DNA from: Chara braunii
Lineage: Eukaryota; Plantae; Charophyceae
Direction of reading: 5' to 3'
Length of the DNA: 59,244 bases
Assembly: GCA_003427395.1 (NCBI GenBank)
Contig: BFEA01000040.1
Span: 3,367,121 to 3,426,364 of the forward strand
A model generated the notes under the pieces. The model was not told the DNA's origin, searched no databases, and saw only the letters and a list, made by a program, of their open reading frames with translations. Shown here one piece after another: positions 1 to 12,705 of this stretch. The position numbers and the translations under genes were made by a program. The first letter of the stretch is position 1, and each line of letters begins with the position of its first letter.

Positions 1-44
1 GATGGAAGTAACATGACGCGAGCCGCGAGGTTGGTCTCTTATCA

Positions 45-46
<2 letters not shown>

Positions 47-94
<48 letters not shown>
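47..94. repeat. (CT)n microsatellite flanking the Penelope-like element; matching tract at 5582-5633
   Basis: Direct reading of the sequence. Confidence 0.95.
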
Positions 95-96
<2 letters not shown>

Positions 97-320
97 GACG
101 TTGCGTCACTTCAGGAGTGCGAGTTCTGAGAGAACCAAGACCTTGACGATTATCGGAACTTTTCATCGAATGGTAGCTAACACATATGAGATGGCGGATC
201 TACCGCCCGCGATTGGCCAGATTCGAGTCAGTATAAAAAAAACAGCGGAGTTATAGGCAAGTACCATAGTAAGACGGAACTCCGACAAAGAGGAGAGTAG
301 TACGTGAGTAGCACATACAA

Positions 321-675
321 AATCATTAGATATGATGAAAGTAGCTCCAAATTGAAGGCATGTTGGAAATCGACGACGACAAGGACAACATAGAGAGTGA
401 CTGCGGGAGATCCTGAAGATAGATGATGAGTACACTGCAAGGATAGGGAAAGTGGCGGAGAAGGACTGGGAACGAAGGGTATAAATACTGAGGATAGTGG
501 CTGAAATGATTACCTGAGCAGTGAGGTAGAAGGGTAATCGTGACTGGTGTCGCATGCCATGGACATTACGTGTATGCTCTGAAAGTAAAACCTCGCACGT
601 TCTATCAACATTTGCATGTGTATGCTGTGAAAGTAAAACCTCGAACGTTCTGTCTACATTTGCATGTGTTTATCT
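321..675 (+). repeat. 5' pLTR copy; TATA-like TATAAATA at 480-487; internal 48-bp tandem duplication at 570-665
   Basis: Aligns by eye to 5276-5581 with scattered substitutions. Confidence 0.9.
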
Positions 676-977
676 CTATGCACGGTGCTTGGAACTTGCG
701 GGCGGTACCCGCGATGATTGACACTGTATAGACCTGTCACTCTTCCATTTTACATTCACTGTCTTTATCTCTCTCTCATCATTCGTAACCCTTTTCTTTC
801 ATGATATCATAGTGGCGATTTATTGGAGATTACTATAGCGTGGAGATTACTCAACGATTTTGGAGATTCTATTTTACTTATCTGTTGTGTACTGAAGACG
901 ATCAACGACGTTATGGGGTTTTTTATCGATTTCAAGTACGAAGACTACCTACCTGACGTTCCCAAGCTTCAAGGAAG

Positions 978-2231
978 ATGTCGCGTTCGCGATCATGGTC
1001 GGACAGGAGGCAGCGCAGACACTCATCATCATCTTCCGGATCTCAAGGGAGGAAGCGCTCAAGAACGGGGAGATCGAAAACTCTTAGAGATAGAAGGGCG
1101 GAGTCAGAATCTCCAAGGTGGTTCTCGAGACCATTGTGGGAGCAAAGACAGAATGATTTTCCCCCACCGGGAAATCGAGCGTGGTTTACGGCGGATCTAA
1201 AGGAAAACATCTTTAAGCTCCGCCGGGAGACAGACAAAGTTCTCAAGACACTGGAGCAATTCACACGAAAGACAAGTGAAAAGAAGCCAGCTTTTCCGAA
1301 CAAGGAAGACACCGCAAACAAGCCTGAGCTTACTCCGGACGCGCTCAAGTCCATGATTGATGAAGCATTGAAGTCGACAGAGATGAACCAAGGGGGACAT
1401 AATCAAGTTGGTCCAAGCGCAACCGGTCAGAAGGATGCAGAGGCGGGAGATAAAGTAGAAACGATGGTATCGGAAGTGCAGAAGGAGGTCAACAACCTGA
1501 AGCTACTAAAGTATGATCTGGCGGTTGTGAAGAGCGCGTTGCAGAAGATCAATGAACCGACTCGTACCTACACTCCGATCGTGTCGTCTTCGGTTCATCC
1601 GAACGGATATGTGGGGACAATGGCTGGACTACCAACTTCAGTACACGGTAGCCACAACATTCTGAGCCGAAGCATGCCAAGCAGAAGCGCACCGAACAAA
1701 AGCAGATTGGGACGCGTAATCCCTCTACACCCCAAGAGAGGACGAACGAAGATTAATCGCAACGTGTCGACACCAAAGTCGAAGGCAAAATGGAGCATTA
1801 ATTTCGGGGTCGAACCGATGACGAACATGCAGCTCCTTCGTCTTCACTACACGAACCTGAAAGTCTTATGCAAGATGCATTACATCAGGTACGAGGACAA
1901 GCCGCAAGCGATCTCGGCATTGAAGCAAGTTCCTGGATTGATCACTTACAAGGGGGGAGACTTCAACTGGGATTCTGATCTTGAAACACAGATCATGCCA
2001 GATCCAGATAACATCAAAGTGTCCAATACATCTGGCGGCGACACAAGTGAGGATGATGACGAGAGCCTTAGTACAAGATCAAGCGGGAGTGATGGGTATG
2101 ACTCATCCGACACATCTTCGAGCGCCGAAGATCTGTCGGCAAGGTTGAAGACACCTCAACATCCGGCGACCTCACGACGATACAGAAGTGGGAGCAAATA
2201 CACAGGCTATCAACGAAAATTAAGCAACTAA
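978..2231 (+). CDS. PLE accessory ORF1 (417 aa): Ser/Arg-rich N-terminus, coiled-coil-like segment, putative SAP/HeH-like motif
   Basis: Long open frame inside the element; QLLRLHYTNLKVLCKMHYIRYEDKPQAISAL resembles a helix-extension-helix pattern. Confidence 0.6.
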   Translation: MSRSRSWSDRRQRRHSSSSSGSQGRKRSRTGRSKTLRDRRAESESPRWFSRPLWEQRQNDFPPPGNRAWFTADLKENIFKLRRETDKVLKTLEQFTRKTSEKKPAFPNKEDTANKPELTPDALKSMIDEALKSTEMNQGGHNQVGPSATGQKDAEAGDKVETMVSEVQKEVNNLKLLKYDLAVVKSALQKINEPTRTYTPIVSSSVHPNGYVGTMAGLPTSVHGSHNILSRSMPSRSAPNKSRLGRVIPLHPKRGRTKINRNVSTPKSKAKWSINFGVEPMTNMQLLRLHYTNLKVLCKMHYIRYEDKPQAISALKQVPGLITYKGGDFNWDSDLETQIMPDPDNIKVSNTSGGDTSEDDDESLSTRSSGSDGYDSSDTSSSAEDLSARLKTPQHPATSRRYRSGSKYTGYQRKLSN

Positions 2232-3114
2232 TTAGTACACGGAGTTTCACCTTGGTGTAAACATATGTATGTGGGGAGGACAGGAAGACAACCCGACAAG
2301 AGATGGACTGAACACATTAACTTGGCCAAGAATCCAAATAGAGGAGCACATCGGAAACTATACAGTTGGTTGCACTTCAGTACATGGTAGCCGCAGCATT
2401 CCGAGCCGAAGCATGCCAAGCAGAAGCGCATCGAACAAAAGCAGATTGGGACGAGTAATCCCTCCACACCCCAAGAGAGGACGAACAGAGATTAATCGCA
2501 ACGTGTGGGCAGCGAAGTCGAAGGCAAAACGGAGCATTAATTTCGGGGTCGAACCGATGACGGACATGCAGCTCCTTCGTCTTCACTACACGGACATAAA
2601 GGTCTTATGCAAGATGCATGACATCAGGCACAAGGACAAGCCGCAAGCGATCTCGGCATTGAGGCAAATTCCTTGATTGATTGCTTACAAGGGGCGCGAC
2701 TTCAACCGGGATTCTGATCTTGAAACACAGATCATGCTAGATCCAGATAACATTAGAGTATCCAATACAACTGGCGGTGACACAAGTGAGGATGATTACG
2801 AGAGCCTTAGTACAAGATCAAGCGGGAGTGATGAGTATGACTCATCCGACACATCTTCGAGCGCCGAAGATCTGTCGGGAAGGTAGAAGATACCTCAACA
2901 TCAGGCGACCTCACCACGACACAGAAGTGGGAGCAGATACACAGACTATCAACGAAAATTGAGCAACTAGTTAGTACAGGGAGTTTCACCTTGGTATAGA
3001 CATATGTACATGGGGAGGACAGGAAGACAGCCTTACAAGAGATGGACTGAACACATAAACTTGGCCAAGAATCCAAATAGAGGAGCACATCGGAAACTAA
3101 ACAGTTGGCTGCAC
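1636..3114 (+). repeat. Tandem duplication (~740 bp unit) of the ORF1 3' half; second copy has stops
   Basis: 1636-2373 vs 2374-3114 give near-identical peptides (SRSMPSRSA...SSSAEDLS). Confidence 0.92.
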
Positions 3115-3526
3115 AAATTTGGTTGGGAGAAATATGTTCTGATACCCATTTTGACGGGAGTGAGATAAAAGGTGATAGGGATGGAAGCAGCACTGATTAG
3201 GAGACTGAATCCATTCTTGAATACAAGGGGAAAGGCAGAAAGACTCGGAAAAACCGAAGACGAAGAAGGAGAGAGAGGAACAAGAATGAAAACAATGAGG
3301 TGAATCAGAATATACCTGTTTTGTTTAAATCGGTTTGATCGGGTTACACAACGAAGTTAACATCAATACTTCAACCGAAAACAATGATTTACTGCACAAC
3401 TTGAAAACTATGAAATGAAAAATGAAAAGTAATTAAATGAACATTTGTTTCAACAATTGTGGAAATTGACAACACAAAGTTCCAGCTAAAAAAATGCAGA
3501 AAACGAATCGAAAATGGATGTATCTT

Positions 3527-5275
3527 CTATGTGATGCAACTGGTGCATACGTGACCAAAAACAAACAAACATAGAAATATTCTGATTAACTGTTTGAGAG
3601 CACCATGAAGACGGAGGAAACTGTATAAATTATCGTTAGATGATATACTGATTCTTCTGTCAAAGGTGGGATCGATTACCGGAAAAAAGCAAAGACGAAC
3701 AATTAAAGACATCTTCACACGAATTTCAAAGAAAAATTTTGCATTCGATATCAAGAGAAGGTTGATATTTAAAATTTCATTTGATGCATGCATTAATCTA
3801 AAGCAAGTGAGAAACACAACAACCGAGTCTATCTTGGAAAACGTAAGTAATAACAATTTAGCAAACGATTACACAGCTCGGATGCGTGTGATGTTTGAAA
3901 ATCAAAGACGGTCGGGGAAATATTACACAATCACAAACAGGTGCTTACACAAGCACCAGACTGTAATTGTGCAGTATCCCGACTTCCAAAAAATGAGAAC
4001 CACATTGCCTGCAGATTAAGTGAAATCACAGAAAATCAGCTCTTGTGGAATGCAAAAAACGTACCCCATATGAACGAAAGAGTTGAAAAGGAAGAAATTA
4101 AAAGGACAATCATCACTACCATTGCAAGTATACCACGACCACTAAGGAAGAAAAGAGAAATTAAAATAGATGTCTCTACTTGCATCGAAAAGAAGAATGA
4201 TATGAAGATTTTTCTTCACATATGAGAAGTATGGAAAGTAAAAAGAAGATTGACACAATATATCCTATCACCATTTGACATAAATCCTGGAGAAACTTTT
4301 GTGGAATGCCGTAAAATCTGGTACGAGAAGATCCGAAAATTCTTTCCGGAATCGAATCACTGTGAAATTATACAACAAACGAAATTTGAGATCACTCAAT
4401 TGGCAAAAAATACGTATCATAGATGTGGGCTGAAGAAAATCGCAGAATGAGATGAACAGGGATCATACGGAAATGCGTATACAATTTAAAAAACAAGGAA
4501 GTCACAAGACGCCGACCAATTGTGTCGACATATAAGGAGTCATCTCGGAAAGTATCGAAGGTACTATCAACAGTTATCAACTTCATGTGTCAAGCATTGA
4601 AAGTTGGTTTCTCACTAAAAGGAACGAACTAACTACTACCTCGACTGAAGAAATGCAATCAAGTAGCAAAAGAAACATACCGGGATATGGCTACGATAAT
4701 CTGCTCCACATTCGACGTCAAAGATATGTTTTCGAATCTCGATCACACAGATATCTTAAACGTCATGCAATGGATGATAAGAACGGCGAAAGAAAAATGA
4801 ACAACCCACTTGTGTTACAAGATGAGAGGAAAGAACATGAACTTTGGAAAAACAAACGGAACCTACAGATGGAGAACATTAAAAATTGAGTGCCTAATGG
4901 ATCTATTGTACTATGACACCAAACACAAATACTGAAAACTTCAAAGTACAAGGAAAATTATTATGCCAAGTAATGGGGATACCAATAGGGAAGGACTCTA
5001 GCCCACCCATTGCCAACATGGTATGCGCGCTCAACGAGTACAGATGGTGTGCGCAGACTGGAATTGATGAGAAACTTCTCCACGATATGCGTTTTGTGGA
5101 CGGTGTAATGATGATCATAATAGCAAGTAAGGAAGATCAAACGAAAGAGTTGGAATGTCTGAAATCTTTTCAAACATGCTACCACCAATGTCTAAAACTT
5201 GAAATCACATCAGACAACTCGAACACAGAATGAACTTATCTGGAAACAAGGGTAACGAAATCAATCAATGAACAG
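3527..5275 (+). pseudogene. Degenerate PLE reverse transcriptase
   Basis: Fragmented ORFs with RPIVS, QxxGIPxGxxxSPxIAN and RFVD motifs; many stops and frameshifts. Confidence 0.8.
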
Positions 5276-5580
5276 AATCATAAGATATGATGAAAGTAGC
5301 TCCAGATTGAAGGCATGTTGGAAATCAACGACGACAAGGACAACACAGAGAGCGACTGTGGGAAATCCTAAGGATAGATGATGAGTACACTGCAAGTATA
5401 GGGAAAGTGGCGGAGAAGGACTGGGAACGAAGGGTATAAATACTTAGGATAGTGGCTGAAATGATTACTTGAGCAGTGAGGCAGAAGGGTAATCGCGGCT
5501 GGTCTCGCATGCCATGGACATTCGTGTATGCTGTGAAAGTAAAACCTCGAACGTTCTGTCTACATTTGCATGTGTTTATC

Positions 5581-5581
<1 letters not shown>
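5276..5581 (+). repeat. 3' pLTR copy
   Basis: Direct repeat of 321-675. Confidence 0.9.
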
Positions 5582-5633
<52 letters not shown>

Positions 5634-6555
5634 NNNNNNNNNNNNNNNNNNNNNNNNNNNNNNNNNNNNNNNNNNNNNNNNNNNNNNNNNNNNNNNNNNN
5701 NNNNNNNNNNNNNNNNNNNNNNNNNNNNNNNNNNNNNNNNNNNNNNNNNNNNNNNNNNNNNNNNNNNNNNNNNNNNNNNNNNNNNNNNNNNNNNNNNNNN
5801 NNNNNNNNNNNNNNNNNNNNNNNNNNNNNNNNNNNNNNNNNNNNNNNNNNNNNNNNNNNNNNNNNNNNNNNNNNNNNNNNNNNNNNNNNNNNNNNNNNNN
5901 NNNNNNNNNNNNNNNNNNNNNNNNNNNNNNNNNNNNNNNNNNNNNNNNNNNNNNNNNNNNNNNNNNNNNNNNNNNNNNNNNNNNNNNNNNNNNNNNNNNN
6001 NNNNNNNNNNNNNNNNNNNNNNNNNNNNNNNNNNNNNNNNNNNNNNNNNNNNNNNNNNNNNNNNNNNNNNNNNNNNNNNNNNNNNNNNNNNNNNNNNNNN
6101 NNNNNNNNNNNNNNNNNNNNNNNNNNNNNNNNNNNNNNNNNNNNNNNNNNNNNNNNNNNNNNNNNNNNNNNNNNNNNNNNNNNNNNNNNNNNNNNNNNNN
6201 NNNNNNNNNNNNNNNNNNNNNNNNNNNNNNNNNNNNNNNNNNNNNNNNNNNNNNNNNNNNNNNNNNNNNNNNNNNNNNNNNNNNNNNNNNNNNNNNNNNN
6301 NNNNNNNNNNNNNNNNNNNNNNNNNNNNNNNNNNNNNNNNNNNNNNNNNNNNNNNNNNNNNNNNNNNNNNNNNNNNNNNNNNNNNNNNNNNNNNNNNNNN
6401 NNNNNNNNNNNNNNNNNNNNNNNNNNNNNNNNNNNNNNNNNNNNNNNNNNNNNNNNNNNNNNNNNNNNNNNNNNNNNNNNNNNNNNNNNNNNNNNNNNNN
6501 NNNNNNNNNNNNNNNNNNNNNNNNNNNNNNNNNNNNNNNNNNNNNNNNNNNNNNN

Positions 6556-6722
6556 TTTGAGGGGGTGGGGCTGGGGATGCGCCGCCCCATGGCGCTTTCC
6601 AAATCCCCAACCCCCCTCCCCACCGGCCGCCACGCGTCCGCGCGGACGCCTCCGCGGGGGTGGCGGACTCGGCCGCGTCCGCGGATCGACCGCGCTTGTC
6701 CGCCGCCTACGGTGTTTCGTAG
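6556..6722. mobile_element. Terminus of a non-autonomous hAT element (rest in gap)
   Basis: Ends GGTGTTTCGTAG with GC-rich CCGCGG/GGACGC subterminal repeats; same TIR type as 40798-41293. Confidence 0.65.
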
Positions 6723-6887
6723 GCCGTACGCACACGCGATCCACGCATGCTGCAGAACAAGTAACAGCAGCAGCGGCAAGTGGCCGGGATTCCACAGCTT
6801 ATGGCCATCCGTCCGCAGGTCCGGCATTTTTTTGGGCCGAGTTGACTGGACCAGGACTGGCAGGGGCTACAGCAGCAAGTGGACTGG

Positions 6888-7940
6888 TCAGAGACCGTGG
6901 GACTCGACCCGACCGATGCATTTGGGCCCAGGGGTACAATTGCTTGACTCCAATCTGATCTGAGAAACAGCAGCGGCACAGTGTCCCTTCGGCACCGCTG
7001 GTATTCTGATCGTACGCAAGTCTTCACCATCTCCGCCGCTCAATCCATCGCGGAGGGCTTCCTCTCTCTGGTGCTTTCGAGCTACAATCTCTTTCTCCGG
7101 GTATTCAGGTGTCCTCGTTCCCTCAGTGTTTCGGCCACCACCCATTTGATGCCCTCTACTACCGTCTCTCAAGGGGACCCCTTCTGATTGAATCATCATT
7201 TCTGGCTCCGCAGAGTCTCCATCTCCCCTGCGTGGCCTATCTCCCACCTCTGCCTCCGTCTCTTGCTGCACACGGTCACTCTCGTTCTCCCTATCGTCTC
7301 CTGTTCTCAGTCCCTCAGTGCTTGGCCGTCCACCAATTGCTTGATCTCCTGTGCAGTCTTTGGACAGTAGACCTTCTGATTGGACAGTCATGCCCGATTC
7401 CTCTCCATCTCCCTGGCTCAACGCCTCTCCTAGCTCTCTCTCCCTCCCTCCATTGCTGCCGACCAGGCCTTCCTTTCTCCTCATCCTTCCTCTTCTCACA
7501 CTCTCCGAGCTGCCGCCGACACCCATATCTTGGTCTCCGTTTGCTGTACTGAGTGAGTCTCAGCCTACTGACTGCATTTACGCCACGTAAGAGATCTTTG
7601 GTTCAACGCCCCGTAGGTGACCGCTCAACTTTTTGGCATTATCCAGATTAAGGCTGATTAACATTCGGTACATCGCAGTGCTGGCCGAAATTGTACACGC
7701 GCGACCAATTCCTTCTCCCACAGACAGAATGGATACGTCGTTCCACACACCTCGAACCCGGATTGCATCTACGTTTCCGAAGGTCCTGGGACAGCAGGCT
7801 TCATCAAATACCTGAGCGTGCCTCAAGTTGTGGGTGTTGCTGAGCGGCATGGGTGGGACTCCAGAGGCGATGGCCGTGCGAAGCCCTCGGGACAGGACAA
7901 CTGAACGACAAACCACGATAAGAATGCACTGGTTTGTCAC
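6888..7940 (-). pseudogene. Gly/Glu-rich zinc-ribbon family member A (degenerate)
   Basis: ORF 6888-7526 has GDGEESGM repeats and AAVSQIRLESSNCTP, similar to motifs in ORFs at 10479 and 45498. Confidence 0.45.
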
Positions 7941-7999
7941 GCGCTATCTTTCTTTGCCGCCGCTGACCTCATCCGTTTCCTCCTCCTCCCTCCCTTTCC

Positions 8000-8032
<33 letters not shown>

Positions 8033-8217
8033 CTTTTTTCTTGTTTGTTTGCTTTCCCCTTCCACCCAGAGAGCTATCTACGGACATTGTTCATCGAAAA
8101 AAACAAGGGCTTTCGATGCCTTTTGTTTGTTTTTTATCTTAAATTTGGTGTGGGACTTTGCACTGCCACACTTTCTTTCGTTTTTCTTTTTCTTTTTTTT
8201 CTTTTCCTTTTTTTTTT

Positions 8218-8249
<32 letters not shown>

Positions 8250-8570
8250 CCCTTTGCCGTTTTCACCTCCGTCCTCCTCTATGGTAGTTCTCTCGCTCTG
8301 ACACCACAGCTTCTTTTTCGTGAGCTTGGTATCTGCGCTCCCTCCTTTTCCCTACTTCGCCGGGCCCAACCACAGAGCGTTCAAAATGCACCCAGACCAC
8401 GCAATGGTCCACATACGTTCTAAATGTTGGATCTGTCCAATTGTATGTGGTTGATTCCGGGAGACGTTCATGTACGATTGAGTACGAATTTTTTGCAGTG
8501 GAGCGAGACCCAGATTGTGTGATCTGGGTGAAAGGAATTGCAGCGCATGGTTTTCCTTCTTTTTCTTTCT

Positions 8571-8616
8571 GGGAAAAGTCATAAAACCTCCCAGCCACGA
8601 AACCTTTGTATCCATT

Positions 8617-8655
<39 letters not shown>

Positions 8656-9198
8656 CTTAAGAGGCGACGGCCTTGAGATATTATCATTGAGCTGACCGGC
8701 CCCAAGCAATTCATTAGTAGTTGGTTTCACTCGTCAAGTTCCATCAACTGGATTCGATTTCAACAGTTCATGGGTGTACCCACTGAGCTAGGCTCTTGGG
8801 TCTTTGTATCCATTTCCATTTCCCCCAAACGAGGAAGAAAGTAACGCAGGTGGTCCCAAAATCACTTTTGGTGTCATTTTTGCCATTTTTGCACCCTGGG
8901 GCTAGGTCCCACTTGCACGAATCAAGAGATACTGACCGTAGATAGCAAAGATCAACGGCCGAACTCTCGGAATTTGCGCAAGTGGGGCCTTGCCCCTGGC
9001 TGGGCCGGTAACGTCCGCTGTGTAAAAATGGCGGGAAAGTGTTTTGCAGGGTGCAAAAATGACGCCCAAAGTGATTTTGGGGCCTGCGGCACTTTTTTCC
9101 CCGTTCGGGGGGAAATTGGATACAATGGTTTGGGCGGGGGTAGGTTTTATGACTTTTCCACAATGGTTTGGGCGGGGGGAGGTTTTATGTCTTTTCCC
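8571..9198. mobile_element. Mutator-like MITE family copy with nested insertions
   Basis: GGGAAAAGTCATAAAACC ... GGTTTTATGACTTTTCC inverted ends; same family as 14648-15212; TSD not clear. Confidence 0.65.
8899..8995. mobile_element. 97-bp PIF/Harbinger-type MITE (family H1)
   Basis: TIR GGGCWAGGTCCCACTTG; 3-bp TSD CTG/CTG. Confidence 0.85.
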
Positions 9199-9877
9199 TT
9201 TTCCCTTTCTTTTTCCCTCAGGAGATTTTGGGCCCCGTCGCACCGCTCACCAAATGTGCAAATCAGGATGAATCTTCCGCTCAATATAGACCACCATTAT
9301 TTTTGTGTGGGCACTCGCACAGTAGATGATGGCGACCGGATCGTTCGTTGCAGCACCCGAATTGGAGACTAAAATCTGAAGAGGGAACCAACCACTGACG
9401 CAACTACAAGGAAAGGGGGGGATGGTCGCACAAAACGGACCAGACTGAAAAAAGAAAACGCCCTAACCATTAATTATCCCAAAAGGGGTGGTGACTGGAG
9501 GGAGGTAGAGGGAAAAAGCCTATACGTGACAAAAAACGGTGGTGGCTGGAGCTCACAGACTGAAGGCGTACTCAAAATACCACTATCTGAAGAGTACCTG
9601 ACTGCATTTACGGCTGGGACTGATATGCATCTGGCTGCAATTCCGTCCAGAAACAAGTTCAATAGTGCTAGTGTGAGTATGCCCTGACGCGTACAGTTCC
9701 GCAGAATCTACACGAAATTTCCTCGACATTCACGGAGCCACAAGGTGAAAGCAGCAATACAGAAATTCAAATCGAAACAGTTCATGAGTGTACAGTCCCG
9801 CCACGTGAGAGGTGAGCTGACGAAAATACGCATAAGAGCGGAGATTGATGAGAGTCACCCATAGCGGCAAACGATAC

Positions 9878-9941
<64 letters not shown>

Positions 9942-10248
9942 ACGGGGAAAATGGACGGAGATCTACTCAAGAAGGAGGAAGAGATACGGAGGAAGGGGGT
10001 ACAGGCAGAGGTCAGCAGATCCACAAAGAAGCGGAGGCAGAGGAGAAGAAAGAGAGGAGCGAGGAGGAGAAAGAAGGTATCTATGGCATGGAAGGCGGTG
10101 CGACGGAGGAAACATCGAAGGACAGCGAGAGCGAGGGCGGAAAACGGCAGACCGTCGAACCAGCAGATGCGGGTTTGTTTCTGAACAGTGGCGGGTCCGC
10201 GGCCATCCGATTCGCCTCCAGCGTCCCGATGTTCCTCAGCGTGAGCAA

Positions 10249-11933
10249 GTGTTCGATCCCTTCCGTTGCCAAGAGTGTGGGCACAGGAATAAATGCCCAG
10301 AGGGATCGAAAGGGGTCACCACGGACAGTTTCTGCGGGAAGTGCAAGAACTGCGGTGAAACAGTTATGAATCGGACTTATAAATTCTCGGGGATAGGAAT
10401 GGAGTGGTCGGAGAAACGCATTGACGAGCGCCTGCTGAGGGCATCCAACGCAGATCAAGAACTAGAGGTCCACAATCTTTGAAAATGAGAGAAGACAAGG
10501 AGGCGGAGGTCGAGAGTAACGCAGCCGCACAAGAGAGGGAGGGAGAGATCGGAGATGGTCTGAGTAAGGGGAAGGGAGAGATGGGATTCATGGGAGATGG
10601 TGTGAGTAAGAGGAAGGGAGACTGTGAGATGGGATTGATGGGAGAAGGTGAGACTGAGAGGGAGGGAGAGATGGGAGATGGCGTGAGTAAGAGGGAGAGC
10701 GAGATCATGGGAGATGGTTTGATTGAGAGGGAGGGAAAGCTGGGGGACGGTCTGAGTGGAGGCGCTGGAAGGGAGTCGAACCTGAGGCAATCAGATGGAA
10801 AGGAATCGGCCAGAAACTATAGTGCTGCTTCTCTGATCCGCCGGGAGGCAAGCAGCTGTACCCCTGTCAAAAGAACCCTTGGAGAGATGAACAAGGGGCC
10901 AGATCCAGAGCAGGAACCGAAGATGAGGAGGAAGAGAGCATCAACGGCGAGGACCAGGGGTCGAAAGAGGGGCTGCCCTCAGTCGGGACATGGGGTGAAG
11001 GTGGGGCGGCGAAGGATGCTCCTCCCCTCTGCTGCTCACGACGAAGATAAACTTTGTTCTCTTTCTTCTGATGGCCGGGAAGATGACACCCAGCCCCCAC
11101 CCTGTACTGTCAACGGCGAGGGGGAATATGGGAATCGTGGAGAGCTGACTTCAACCTCTAAGAAGCCGTCGCCGCCTCCTCCCGCTTCGCCAGGAGTCGC
11201 TCCGTCGGAATCCTCTTCTTCTACTGCCAAAGAAGGAGTCACTCCGTCGGAATCCTCTTCTTCTACTGCCGAAGATTCTTGGAAATTGTGTATAGGCCTT
11301 ACACAATTTTCACGTCGTCGTCTTGGGGCCTGTGCGGGACACTGTGGACTCGGCCGCAAGAGCGTCAGGCACAGGAAATGTGGAAACTGTGGAGCGATGA
11401 CCCCAACCTCTTCCCTCGGTTACGACTGGGTGTGCTATCGGTGCCATCAAAGGCACGATGGCAGTAGAAATGTTTTCACTCGATCGTACGAGCTGCTGTT
11501 AGAATCTCTCGGTCACAGGGGCCGTTCTCCTTCTCGCCCATCTACCTCTCCCCCGCCTCCTTCCTCTCCGCCTTCTGTTCGAGATGCGCTTTGTTTCTCA
11601 GCATACGAGCGGGATTTAACACCCACCACCGCGCCGCCGCTTTCTGTTCAGTCCTCACTCCCCTTTGAAATGCTCTCTCGTGAGTCTTTATGGCGCTTAG
11701 CGAATTCGTCTGAACCCCCTTCCTCGTTGCCGTGGTCTGCTGCAGAGAAGCACGACGATGCTGTCCAGCCCCTCCGCGACCTGCCATCGCCAACTCGTCA
11801 GCAACCTATTTCTGAATCATCCCTCCGTAGCTCACACTCTGTCAGCAGCCTAGGAGGAAGGGCCTCCGACGACCGCACTGAAAGATGTCGCTCCGCCGAC
11901 TTCCCCGAAACCTGCGGGGAAGGCGGGGGATGA
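10249..11933 (+). CDS. Gly/Glu-rich C4 zinc-ribbon protein, family member B (ORFs 10249-10482 and 10479-11933)
   Basis: 484-aa ORF with EGEMGDG repeats, AASLIRREASSCTP and CGNC-x14-CYRC; upstream ORF has PFRCQECGHRNKCP...CKNC. Confidence 0.5.
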
Positions 11934-12004
11934 AGAAGGAACAACTGAAAGATGTCGTTCCTCCGACTTCTTCGAACCTGAGTTCGGCGGTCATATTGTG
12001 TAGG

Positions 12005-12229
12005 GTATCCATTTCCGCCCAAACAGGGAGAAAGGCGCGGCAGGCCCCAAAATAAACTTTGGGTGTCATGTTTGCATCCTGCAAAATACTTTCCCGCCAT
12101 ATTACACAGCGGCCGTTGATCTTTGCTATCTACGGTCAGAATCTCTTAATCCGTGCAAGTGGGACCTAGCCCCGGTTGGCGGGAAATGGATACAAAGGTT
12201 TCGTCGCGGGGAGGTGTTATGACTTTTCC
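12005..12229. mobile_element. Mutator-like MITE (deleted copy) containing half of an H1 Harbinger MITE (~12110-12172)
   Basis: Right TIR GGAGGTGTTATGACTTTTCC; H1 end GCAAGTGGGACCTAGCCC. Confidence 0.7.
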
Positions 12230-12608
12230 GAATTGTATAAGGGACTTTCGAGTGCTACTCTGCAGCGATATGAGCAGCAATGGCTATTGTAGGACGATCG
12301 ATGAGTGCCACACCGTTTTAGGGCTATAGGATTCGGAAATGCCAGCTCTTCGCAAGGAGGTGCAAGGCTCGTTGCACGTTTTTTTTTTATGTTTTCGTTT
12401 CTACGGCCTTGCGATATCATGATTGGCCTGAGCGGCACTAGGTAATTCAAAATGATGTTTTCCTGTTCTTCTGATTGCATCTGGATTCGAAGAAGGGTCT
12501 CTATGCCAACAGTTTATGGGTGTAGTACCAGATGAGCTAAGCATGGAATTGCCAAGAATTGGCGGGAACTGGCCGTTGTTCATCATCCTTGGCTATGGTT
12601 GCATACCG

Positions 12609-12705
12609 GGGCAAGGTCCCACTTGGGCAAATTAGGAGATATGGGCCATTGATCTTTGCTATCTACGGTCAGTATCTCTTAATCCGTGCAAGTGGGACCT
12701 AGCCC
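12609..12705. mobile_element. H1 Harbinger-type MITE
   Basis: 97 bp, TIRs, TSD CCG/CCG. Confidence 0.88.

Larger units (their letters stand above)
95..5581 (+). mobile_element. Penelope-like retroelement (PLE), degenerate, with direct terminal repeats (pLTRs)
   Basis: Direct repeat 321-675 / 5276-5581; PLE-type RT motifs (KNKEVTRRRPIVS near 4490-4530; QVMGIPIGKDSSPPIANM...MRFVDG in 4913-5233); the 5' repeat also carries thumb-like coding (HFRSASSERTKTLTIIGTFHRM); (CT)n on both sides. Confidence 0.8.

Noticed and set aside
3305-3380. GIY-YIG remnant (RIYLF...) upstream of the PLE RT
   Set aside because: Too degenerate; the second motif and catalytic residues are not recognisable.
8571-12229. 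Single Pack-MULE enclosing zinc-ribbon member B
   Set aside because: Outer flanks (TTTCTTTCT vs GAATTGTAT) show no 9-bp TSD, and each end has its own inner partner arm.
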